Shown here in pieces: positions 25,864 through 37,700 of a DNA stretch of 64,000 bases. A model generated the notes under the pieces. It was not told the DNA's origin and searched no databases. It saw only the letters and a list, made by a program, of their open reading frames with translations. A program made the position numbers and the translations under genes. The stretch comes from Dimorphilus gyrociliatus (lineage: Eukaryota > Animalia > Annelida), in contig CAJFCJ010000007.1 in the NCBI GenBank assembly GCA_904063045.1, positions 2,053,404-2,117,403 on the forward strand, read 5' to 3'. The first letter of the stretch is position 1; each line of letters starts with the position of its first letter.

Positions 25864-28195
25864 AAAAATTAAATTTATTAAGAAAAACGTAAGAAAAAAA
25901 TGAGGTGATATAATTTTAGCCAAAAAAAAACAAAAACAGCGCAATCTTTGTTGTTGTTTCTTTTTTTTTTCAAATTTTATATCTTTTATATGCTATTCCT
26001 TTTTGAGTGTTTTATCATTCCTTTTAATTTGAAGGATATCACTAATAAAAAAAAAAGGATCAGCAATATCAGTTATTTAATTTAATTGATTTTCCAAACG
26101 CATTGGGTTTTGATGGTTTCGAAATAATTTTTACTCTATTAAGAAAATAGAAGTATTAAGAAAAAAAGTAAAATTGCAATATACTAATATATATATTTAT
26201 AATAAGAACAAGATCTTTACTCTAATATTTCTATATTCTCTCCTGTCCTCAATAATGACATTAATTTAATTCGATAATAGAAGTATGATCAAATATGTTG
26301 AAGAGTCATTGGAGAACTTTTAAAATATTAAGAATTTGAAACTTTTATATAAATAGGTTTTTTTTCAATTTGGTAAAGGTCTCTATGGAAATGAGAGTAG
26401 GAAGCACATAAATCTGCGTTGATATAGTGGCATATATATAAATATATATATATGATATATTTGTTCATATGCTCTAATTGTAAATAATGAACGAAAATTG
26501 GCTAGCTGTCGCTGATTATTTTCTTTATTGCTTCTCAGCTTTAAAAAAATATGAAAAATATTTCAATAATATAGCAAAATTTCGTTCAGATGATTTAAAG
26601 CTACTTTTTTTTTCATTATTACTTAAAAAAGTTTTAAAGTTAAAATTTACTATTAAATCCTTTTTTTCTTTTGTTAGTCGAATAATAACCAAGGATATGA
26701 TCTTAAAGGTAAAACGATAAATATGATTAAAAGATTGTAAATTAGATAAGTTACTAGCAATACGAATTAAAAAAAAATTCCATATAATTCAGCTTTAAAC
26801 TAGTGTTACAATAAAATTTCTAAGTCGATATTTTATTCTAATAAACATTATTATTTTATTTTTACTAAATTCTCTACTAATTTTGGGTTTTATTTTTTAT
26901 TGGTTTTGGTTATATTTTGTTTATTTTATATATACAGTATATATATATCTATATAAAAAACCGATATTATTTTGGCGTCAATTTTCTTTTTCCTATTCAT
27001 TTTCTTTCGCTTTTTGTTCGATTTTCTTTCCAGTTTGAACAAATGTAAAAAAAAAAAGCAAAAAAAAAATTATTAAAAAAAAAAATGAAAATTGGTAAGT
27101 TAAATCACCTAAATTGTCTTCTCACTTGGCGTTGGTCTCTCTTACAGTTGTAAATCTTTATTTATTTGCTAATTCACACATTTGTAATAAAAAAAAAATA
27201 CGCATATATTTTTTAAAAGTCTATTAATTTTGTAGTAAAAATGTTTCTTTATTTCTACTTCAGATAACTGTAAACAAACCTCATCCACTATTTGAAGCTA
27301 ATCAGGAAAATTCATCGACTCTTTTCACAACCAGAGTAAATATGGGTAAAGAGCAGGGCGACCACGTCTAACGTTTAAAAATTATCTCCCAGGACTTAAC
27401 CCTCTTCTGATTTCGTCTGTTATGTTGATAATTTCTTTCGAATGGTTTTCATGATTTGATACAAAACGAAAATATGCATTTTTAATATTACTTTCTGTTT
27501 TATTAAACTAGTCAATTACTTTTGCTGTGATAGAAAACGGAGTTGGATATTCAAAAATGCTATTTTATTGAATATTATTCTTGCATAATGATAAAAAATG
27601 AATAATATCAAAAATGGAAAAAAAATGGAATGTATAATCATGTAGAGTTGGGAAAATATTACAATTTATGCATAATATACTATATATCAATGTATTTGAA
27701 AGTTTATATACTGTATACTTTATTTGTATCAATGTTTCTTTGTTTTTTTGTTTTTATGAGATTTAATAATGTGTTTTTCTTTCCTATCAACTTTAACGGA
27801 AGTATTAAAACAAATCGTGTTGAAATTTTCATTCAAATTACTATTAGTGTTATTGAATAGTTTTATTCCGTGTAATTTATTCTAACATTCCTTTTCCATT
27901 AGAATTAATAAGTTATTATGTTTTTATGATAAAGAAATTGTATATTTAAATAACATTTATGAAACATACTCAATTGATATAAACATCAAAGGCGCTTTTG
28001 CTGTACATATCAATGATATATAAAATAAATATTGCATGGCTTCCGTAAGCTTAAATTTAAACATAGTCTATAAATGTTGTATCAATGAAATTATACACAT
28101 TTATATTCTTCTTTGAAATAAGAACAAACTATATAATACATATAATACAAAATGCAGTTGGACTATAGTTTTTCAAAGAAGTTAGAGTATAATGG

Positions 28196-28402
28196 CTAAT
28201 TTGGATTCTGTTTCAAAATATTTTGTAAAACTATAATATAACTTCTAGCCATCTGTAATGTTTCAAATTTACTTAATCTTCTACCTTCAACTTGGATCTT
28301 TTCTCTTAGTTCTTCAAACGCCGAATTCATCTTTAACATTCGAATCCTTTCTCGTTCATTTGCAGCTGTACGTTTTCCCTTCTTTTTCTCTAAACTTTGC
28401 AT
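28196..28402 (-). CDS. Atonal-family bHLH transcription factor, 68 aa
   Basis: RTAANERERIRMLKMNSAFEELR...LSKFETLQMARSYI; LSK(F/Y/H)ETLQMA is diagnostic of the atonal/amos/cato group. Intronless ORF with an in-frame TGA four codons upstream of the ATG. Confidence 0.85.
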   Translation of the reverse strand: MQSLEKKKGKRTAANERERIRMLKMNSAFEELREKIQVEGRRLSKFETLQMARSYIIVLQNILKQNPN

Positions 28403-28678
28403 TGTACTTTGTCAAATAATTTTTCCTCTTCCTTATAAGAAGTAGGGGTGAACCTACCACTTCGAAAGATAGCAGGGTACTGCTTCAACTAGTTATATTC
28501 GTTTCTTATATATATACGCTCGAGTTAAGATGCTTGTTTGGGGTAATTAATGGTTCATTCAAAGGGTACGCCTCGAGCGTTGAACAATTAAAAACACAAG
28601 AGAATGTTAATTTCATTAATCAAGTAAATAAATAAATAAAATGATTATAATTTATTTTTAAAAAAAAGAAGAGAAAGC

Positions 28679-29431
28679 ATGAAATTGGTTTCCATTGTAA
28701 AAATTTTCGCAATAATAAGTTTTGTCTACTGCAAAACAGCAACAATTACTGTTGATATGAACAGAATAGGAGAAATTGATAAAAGGAGAGTATCGTTATC
28801 TTGGATAAAATTATCGACCATAAAGAAATTTAAGCAATTATCATTTGGTTATAATGTTAGTAGTGAATTGTATTTGGAATATGCATTAATGGCGATGATA
28901 TACAAATCTGATAAAGTGGAAAATATAGGCATAGAAAGAATCACTCAACTTATTATATCTATACTTTTAATAATCGTAACATTCTTTTTAAACTTAATAT
29001 TTGCGTTTGTTTTATTCGGTCAATATTATAGACCACCCAATACCATTGAAAGGGATGATCAAATTGATAATCAAGAGGGAGAATGTAAAGGCCACACTGA
29101 AATTATATTTCAAAATCCACCCGGAACCCAAGGGCAAAGATTGCCACCCACTATGGTAACTGTTGGGAAAGGAGAAGGTGGCCAGCAGGATATATATTTA
29201 TCCTTTCCACCTAAACCTGCTCCGGCGCTAGACGGAACGTTAGATAATCGCGACGGTGTCACTTTCGCTGATTATTATACAGGAAGACCTTTCTTCGACG
29301 TAAGATACGGTGCAAAGCATCCAAATTCCAGCATTGTATCAGAAATTAAGCCGTCGCCTTCTTCATTTGCCAAAAAAGATTCAAATAACATTATTGTTAC
29401 AATTGATAAAAAGAATCCAAACTCGAAGTAA
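28679..29431 (+). CDS. Orphan single-pass membrane protein (250 aa)
   Basis: Uninterrupted 250-codon ORF in AT-rich DNA. Hydrophobic N-terminus (signal peptide-like), a hydrophobic stretch at about aa 90-113, and a Pro/Gly-rich tail. No family recognised. Confidence 0.6.
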   Translation: MKLVSIVKIFAIISFVYCKTATITVDMNRIGEIDKRRVSLSWIKLSTIKKFKQLSFGYNVSSELYLEYALMAMIYKSDKVENIGIERITQLIISILLIIVTFFLNLIFAFVLFGQYYRPPNTIERDDQIDNQEGECKGHTEIIFQNPPGTQGQRLPPTMVTVGKGEGGQQDIYLSFPPKPAPALDGTLDNRDGVTFADYYTGRPFFDVRYGAKHPNSSIVSEIKPSPSSFAKKDSNNIIVTIDKKNPNSK

Positions 29432-29553
29432 TTGTAATTTAAGAAACATTAGACTTTTGATGAGAAATTACATTGTTTTCGTATACAATTCATTATTACT
29501 ATAAAAACCTATTTAAATATTTAAATTTATTCAATTTTTTATGTTATTAAAAC

Positions 29554-31666
29554 ATGAATAAATTAATTATTACACAAACAATATACTCCTTTATTTTTAC
29601 TAAGTGTCAAATGCAAATGTGTAAATATTCATGGAAAGATTACGTAAGGAAATACAATGATTTATCAATACCGAATTTTTATTATAATGAGTCATATTAT
29701 CTTACGGAACTCTTCCCGGATAAAAAAAGGCTTAAAGCCTATATAAAAGATAATACAGTTCTCGTTATTGGAGGTGGTATTGCAGGATTAACTGCTGCTA
29801 AAATCCTTAAAGATAGAAATGTTTCAGTAACGATTTTAGAAGCCAGTAATCGAATTGGTGGAAGAATAAGAACCTATAGAGAGGGTACATTTTTCGGGGA
29901 ACTCGGTCCTATTCAAATTCCAGTGAAGTTCGTTTATTAATGGAGTGCAATTAATTAAATTACCCAAAAAAATTAGGGAAAATTACTATTTTAAGAAATA
30001 AATTATTCGTACTATCACTAGACATGCATGTAAAGAGAAAGTAAAACACTCCATTCTTAAAGGCATAGACTTATTAGACAACTTATAAAGCATCTAAAAT
30101 TACCTTTAGTTCCTTTGATAAGATTCAATAAGAATAATCTTATACATTTAAACGGGGAAATAAAAGACTATAATAACTTTATAAATTCCAAGAATCCATT
30201 CGATCTACGATTAAATTCAATAGAAGCAAACTTAACAGTTGGTCAATTTTTTCAAATTATTGACGAATCTATATTAGATATGGGAGAGAAATTTGGGTGG
30301 ATAGAGACTGTTAAACGATTAGATAATGTTACAGTTAAAGCGTATTTAAATATGTGCTGCAATTTTTCTAAAACTGCAATAGAATTCCTAATAGTCATAC
30401 TAGAACTGGAGAGTTTATTAAATTATAGTATGGTTGAATTGTTTATGTCTCATTATGCTCTAGGTAATAAATTCTTTACCATTCAATAGCTATTAGACAT
30501 TCAAAATTATATAGTTTATACTATATACAACTGTATTTCTTATTTGAATAATATAATTGACAATAATTAAATAAATGACAGGTTCTGAAATTCCCCATAC
30601 AATCCCAGATGGTTTAGATCAAATACCGAACGCCCTGTTTCGCGAATTGACCCAATGCACAGCTATTCATTTTTATTCGAAAGTCTTCAAGATTTTCACA
30701 AATACTACCAAAGTTTGCGCAATAACTATTGATAATAGTACATATTGTGCAGATGGATTGATATTAGCCGTTCCGTTAGGTATTTTAAGATCAATTAAAT
30801 TCTCACCAGGATTAAATTATGAACAAAATCGTCTATTCAATTCTCTACCTTTTGTACCAGCTATAAGAATGTTAACTCAATTTAGAACATCATTTTGGAA
30901 AGGGATAGGAATAGACGAAGGTATCATCTTGTCTAAAAATTAGATCTTAATTAGTTGTTAAACTACTGACAGTTCATAATTTAATGCTATTTCATAAGGA
31001 GAAGTGCAAACCGATTGGTTAACTGGTGCCATGATAATAACAGACGTTCTTAGTAAAAATACCATATATTCGTCCGTCATAGAGGGTGTAACCGATAATT
31101 TTAATGCTTTAGATCGATTAAATGATAATAAAATAATCATGTATCACTTGGAGAAACTTTCTTCTATGTTTGCCTGGAATGTAAGCAGATTATATCAAAG
31201 CTAGTACAGAATTTACATATATCTCTTATCGATAATATATAAATATATATATTGTCTTTAATCTACGTTCTAAAAATATAGGCTTATTAAAATTCTGTTC
31301 ATATTTATAGATAGTAAGATATTCAGATGGCATAAGGACGAGAATACTTTAGGAGCATTTACTCAATGCCTAAGAAAACAATGTAATTATCATACACTCA
31401 TTAAATTAAGAGAACCTTTCGGAAAAATTCACTTTGCTGGTGAACATACGTCAGAATGGCACGGATGGATGGAGGGAGCTGTTGAAAGCGGTATAAGAGC
31501 TTCCCTAGAAATAATCGAGGCACTGAAAAAACATAATAAGAACCACAGTTACAAAAAATTCAATAGGATGTATAACCTAAATTTGAGTACCAATTCTACT
31601 TTTCCAATAAGAACGTTACTATTCTCGTTCATTTTCAGTAAATTAATATATTTTCCTGGTTTATGA
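29554..31666 (+). CDS. L-amino-acid-oxidase-like flavin amine oxidase
   Basis: FAD dinucleotide motif [31 protein letters not shown] and [23 protein letters not shown]. Five exons; hydrophobic C-terminus. Confidence 0.88.
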
Positions 31667-33178
31667 TTAAACACTTTTAAAGAAGAAAATAAAAACAGTT
31701 TATTATTCATCAAACAAACAAACAAAGGTCATTAATCATGAAAAAAAAAATGACTAAAGGACAAATGATCTTTGAAGGATAAACGAAACGTTAACATGTG
31801 TAATTCTAAATATAGATTAATTATAATTTTAATACTTTGTTTACAGAGGGAAAATGTTTTTTTCCCCGATTAGAGAAATTCATTGAACTTAATAGATAAA
31901 GCATCATCTATAATTCCAAAATAGATATGACGATTACTGTCTATGACAATTAGATATTAAAAATAAAGATTGAGTTCATCCACGAAATTGTAGACAGATT
32001 ACAATGATTATAATCACAATCTTAAAAGATACTTAGACTTGTACTTGTTATTTCTTTAACAATTGATTAAAGAGGGGAAGTTCAAATAAAAGATAAGATT
32101 TTAATCTTAATAATACTACGCATTTAGGTTTCTAATAGACCTATTTGCATAAATACATATTCAATTTTATTTTAAACTAGATTTATACCTGTTGAATAGT
32201 CATAAATCTATAATATATAGATCATATTAAATTAGTCTTTCAGTATAAGATTGAAATCATTAACTTTTAACTATAGAATATGACTTTGTGCTAATTTCGA
32301 AAGAATAAACGTTTGATTGATAGAATAGAACAGATGGAGAATCTTTATTTAACACTGTTCTATATATATTTGATATTTTATTTGACTGAAAGGTCATAAG
32401 GACTGAAATAGATTATCCAGACTAAATATAAATTCAAGGGAATTCGTTACGTCCATAAAATAATCTAGACTAAAGTTATCGGTTTTCGCATTAAAAGTCT
32501 ACTGTTAATTGATAAGCTAAATTTAAAATGCGTATATCTAAGTTGCAATTATTTTTAATAATAACAATAATAATAACAATAAACAATAGTTCTATTAATA
32601 GCTTCTTTCGTTCTTAGATGAAAACTATGAAATTAAAAAACCACTTTTTATAATAAATTACTTAAATGATTATTCATCAAAGGCGTTAGCTTAAAAATCT
32701 TCCTCTTTTAATTGATTTTCAAGTTCTATTTTAGAAGAATTTTAGTGTTTGCTTTTGTTATTCAGAGTTTAAAGTTTTCCGACTGTATGTATACCTAATT
32801 TCTCAAGAAATCATGTGAATTTTTTTCTTCTGTTACTCTATTTTTTATCTAAACTTTATATTTGCCACTTTTCTATTTGGTTACTTGCTAGACAGAACTT
32901 TCTTTGAAATTATTTTTTTTCCTTAATATTTGACTTTCTACTTCAAAATGTTGAAATAAAATATTTATTATTTAACGCAGCTATCAATTCGTGCTTGTAT
33001 CTATTACAATTTTTCTTATCCGGAGATAATTAAAGATAAATTTTTTATGCTAAAATAACAGCTAAAACAATGATTTCGGGGCGTAAAGCTAACAACTATG
33101 AATATTAAAAAAAAAATAATCACGGTTTCCGTTTCCTGTAGAAATTTTCGACAAAAATATTTTAATACTCATTACAAT

Positions 33179-34136
33179 ATGCTTTCTGATCATTATATCC
33201 TAACAAGTGTTTTAATAATAGTAGGATTTATATTTTTGTCTCACATTACTCCGGTAGAGGTTCGTATTTTAAGGTGGATTGCTTAAAATAGAAAGCTATT
33301 TTTTACTTTCGTCTGGTTCCTAAATTCAGCGCTGTATTATTTTTCAACGAATAGGGTCAATACGACGATGTTAGGTGTATATGCGTATGTCCGAAGAATA
33401 CTACAGAACACCCTGTCCGAAAAGTATCCGTACTAGATCCGGGTGATTGGTAATTAAATAAAATTATTAATATTATGAGAAAATAACTCTTAATTGATAT
33501 TTTTTTTCTCTTCAAAGCCAATGCGATAAAGTTGTTAATCCACCCAACAAAGAAGTATGTAAGACCTGCGAATGCAAATGGCAAAGACGAAATACAACTA
33601 CAATCAAAGTAATGGAATAAATGCCATAAATTTTATAAATTAACCAAATATATCTAAATTTTCTTTCCATTTTATCGCAGGTGGTGGTAATAATAATCAT
33701 ATGCATCATGGGAATTTTAACTTTATATTTACTATTCCTGCTATGCCTCGATCCACTTATGTCGAAGAGGCCACGCTCTTATTTAGAGCATCATGATGAA
33801 GAGGTGAATTTGGTAACTATTTTCCATGCGTCCGTAACGCATTATTCGCATGCCTTTCAAATCTCTTTTTGAGTTTTAATTTTCTTTGGAGTTTGACTTG
33901 AATTATTTATTTATGTTATATTTTACTCCGACTTATCCATAAACATACTGTTTTAATAGGATGATGGATCAGTTACACATAGCAGGCGCGACGTTCAGCC
34001 AATGCAACGAAGATCGGGTATTGTATCTCGGGTAAAAATGGAAATGTCTCGAGTAAAAGGCGAACAGGAACGATGGAAACAAACTGTACAGCAACAAAGG
34101 CGAAATATTTATGACAGTCATACGATGTTAAATTAA
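33179..34136 (+). CDS. TMEM9: TMEM9 family lysosomal/endosomal membrane protein
   Basis: Five exons: signal peptide, YDDVRCICVCP, CQCDKVVNP...CKTCECKWQRRNTTTIK, TM segment ending LCLDPL, and C-terminal EQERWKQTVQQQRRNIYDSHTMLN*. Confidence 0.9.
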
Positions 34137-34184
34137 GTGAACATTTACTATGTTCATTATGTACATAAATTCTGTTTTTTTTTT

Positions 34185-34604
34185 CTATTCATCCTCAAAG
34201 TCACCTTCATAGTCATTACAGACAGAAGATATACTTTCATTTATTAACAAATTTGCGGAAATAGTTTCTTTTGAGCCTCTTTCTGGTGTACAAATTTTGC
34301 ACAAACAGCCTAAACAACACCATTCCGGCTTGGAGATGCTGAAACGATTACGCAAATGCTCGCATGACTCACAGCAGCACGTAATTCCATGACCGAACGA
34401 TTTGACAATCTGTTCGCTAAGGCATTCGACACATTTTACAGAACAACAACCATAATAAATCTTATTAACTTCCCTGCTGTTACAAATACTCTCTGTTTTT
34501 GAAGTAGGTTTAGTTAATTCTCTTTTCTTCACGCTTTCATTATCTCTAAAAACAATCAGCTGCCCCAAATATATCGGCCTCATTATTCTCCTAAGAGCTT
34601 CCAT
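34185..34604 (-). CDS. Cysteine-rich orphan protein (139 aa, intronless)
   Basis: ATG-initiated 139-codon ORF with 15 Cys, 13 of them in three clusters. No family recognised. Confidence 0.5.
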   Translation of the reverse strand: MEALRRIMRPIYLGQLIVFRDNESVKKRELTKPTSKTESICNSREVNKIYYGCCSVKCVECLSEQIVKSFGHGITCCCESCEHLRNRFSISKPEWCCLGCLCKICTPERGSKETISANLLINESISSVCNDYEGDFEDE

Positions 34605-34713
34605 ACCCTTCTTTTTAAATTTTTAAAATATTCAAATAATCCTATTTTCAAATGCGATTTGTCTTCAATTTTTAAAAATATATTATAATCAATATAGAAC
34701 TTAAAAAAGGAAA

Positions 34714-37700
34714 CTATTGATGGCCAAGAGAAAAATACTCTTCATAACAAATCTTTGAAAATATAGGTGGGCTTGACAACACCCAGGCATCGGATACAGT
34801 AGCAGATTTCACTGTTTTCGAGTAAACTTCTCTAGAATCTTTTATTGTTTGATCGCTTTGTAATTTAAGGGCCAAAACTTCATTCGATCCTCTGTTTATT
34901 CTATACGATTACAAGTTAATATAGCAACAATTAAATTGAAACATAATATAGACTCACAAACTGAAATAGCTTTTTGTCTTATTTCTGCCAGTGGCACATT
35001 CGTACATTTCCGAATAGCTACAAAGAGAAACAACAAAATTAAGATAACAATATAGACAAAGCAGCACCTTTTATAGAAAACTTAATTACTTTTTATATAG
35101 TTCATTGTCAATTGAATTTGAGGATAGATTGTTTAATTCCATACCGTACGATTCTTTCATATTGTTAAAATAAGTCTGTTGGATAATAAGATGTAATTAT
35201 AATTGTTTAATACTTGAAGTTTCACTTGTAAAAACCTTAGTATTTTCTTTTGATTCATAGCTAGAAATAGCTCTAGATTTTGGTAAGGATAAATCAAAGT
35301 CATAATCGTAGTCTTCTTCCTCATTTGAAGAGCTACTTTCTTCCTTTTCTGATCCATCTTCTGAGCATTTCGATGATACGTTTTTTGTTAACTTCTTTCG
35401 AGATGAGTCTTGAGGCCGAAATTCTTTACTGCTCAAAAGCTGACGAAAAAGGAATTCATCATCAATGCTTACGTATTTATTTCCTTTATATCGTTCAGTG
35501 AACCAATCTATTCTGACATCATCCGGATATAGAGAGTAAATTGTGGCTGGTTTTTTATGGACTAGATCGTAAGGTAGAGGCAGACAATCACCAATCTCCG
35601 GGGAACACCAATTTGTGTAACTATTTTAAACGTCATTATAAAGAGACATTAGAAATTAATTGTCATTGCCATATATAGTAATTTTAATAAATACTTTCTC
35701 TTGATAAAATTTCTATTCAAGGTAAATAATTCTTGATTGTGTAAATAAAAATCGGTTCCTAATTCCCAGACATTCGTTTTTCCCGCTTCGGGTTTGTATA
35801 GCCCCAAGAAGACATTAATAGCTTGCTGTTTGTCATTGTCAGAAAAGGCGTTGCTATAGTAGCGCGATATAGTCTGCATGATATCTCTGTAAGCAGCAGT
35901 TGTTCCAGCTTTGTCTTTCCTATACCCTTGAATTCTGTGCACAAGCTGTGAGCCTAAACAAGCGAATTTATTATATGATTAATGTTTAATGGAAAATTTT
36001 CTATTACTATCTGAAACTAAAGAGATAGATACAAGGAAAATACTATTTAAAAAAAATTAGGTCGAAATGGATTAGGGAATTAAAATAAATAAAGTTCGAT
36101 CTCAATTTCGAACTCACTTAATCATTGGCCTGTGCTAATAATCGGGTCTTTGGAGTAGTTAATACTTAGTAGTAGATGTAGCTATGCGCAAGAAGTACTA
36201 CTATGAATTGATGTTGATAAGAATCATATAGTTTAAAGCAATATTTGTTAATTATGAGCAGTTATTTATTGTTTAATATAGTGGTCTAACTGATCAGTGC
36301 AGGTTAGTATGTCCCAAAAGTTCTGCTATATATTGCGAACGTATCACTTGTTGTTTTAATCAATTGGTCTACAAAGAGATATTCAGTACCAGGAATTTTT
36401 ACGTTACACCGATAAGAATGCAGAAAGTTATGGACTCGTTCAATAGTGCAACGAAACAACAAGTACTTCTTGGTGGTATAGCGGCTTTAGGCTTAGCGTA
36501 TATAATCAGGAATATCAGGTCAGTCATATATTATCTAAGTGCCTATTTATCTGGATTCTCTTTCTCCATTGAATCTGTAAACCTTTGAATGAGGATAAAT
36601 CTTTTTGCGCATTCCTGTACTATATAAAAGAATGCTTGTTTTCCCATCTATGACTGACCTATAGTCAATAAGTTATTTGATAAGGACATAAATTAAAAGT
36701 GATTTATCACTTTAGGCGCTATCCTATATATAATTATTTATAAATGGTCTATATTTAAAAAAACGAAGTTTTAAAAAGTAGATAGACTCTGGGTTCGTTG
36801 AAACACCTAATGAAGAAGAAATGTTTTAAAGGAACGACTGTTTCAGATCTAAAAGAAAGAGGAAAGAATATCCAAAGGATGTTGTCATTCTACATCAGAT
36901 CGGAAGGGCACCTAATTTGCCAAGTGCATCCCCATTTTCAATAAAACTCGAAACTTTTCTACGAATGGCTAATATCAAGTATCAAAATGAGATGGACGCA
37001 TTTGTCAATAGATCTAAAGTTGGGAAATTTCCCTGGATCTCGTTTAATGGCGAAGAAGTGGAAGATTCACAATTTTCTATTGATTACTTAAAAGAAAAAT
37101 TTAAGGTAGATCTAAATAATGATTATTCAAGCGCCGATATTGCAGCTGGTAGAGCTGTAAGGCGTATGCTGGAGGAGGGTACCTTTTGGAGTTTGGCTTT
37201 ATCTAGAACTATATATAATCTTGGATCAGAATACTTAAAAAAAATGAATATTAAATGGTGGCAAATATGGATAATTGGAAGGTTGATCAATAAGAGAGCT
37301 AAAGCTCAGGGTACTGGCCTACATTCAAAGGAAAAGGTCATAAAAGTAGGCTTAGACGATCTGCGTACAATTTCTCATTTTCTTGGTAACAGTTTAATAT
37401 ATCATTTTCTATTTACTAGTAATAAATGAGCCTTTCATATCATTTCTTTCGTAGGTAATAAAAAGTATTTCCTTGGGGAAACTCCTAGCGAAGTGGATGC
37501 AACTATATTTGGATTTGTTACGCAATTCATATATACATTTCCCGATACTGATTACGATCGAGTCTCTAAGGAAAAATTTAAAAATCTGTACAGTTATTGC
37601 GATAGAATGAGAGAGAAATTCTGGCCTGATTGGAATGAATGCATTACTGATAAACCTTAAAATCTTTTAATGGTGAAGTAAATAAACTTTTGAAGTGAAC

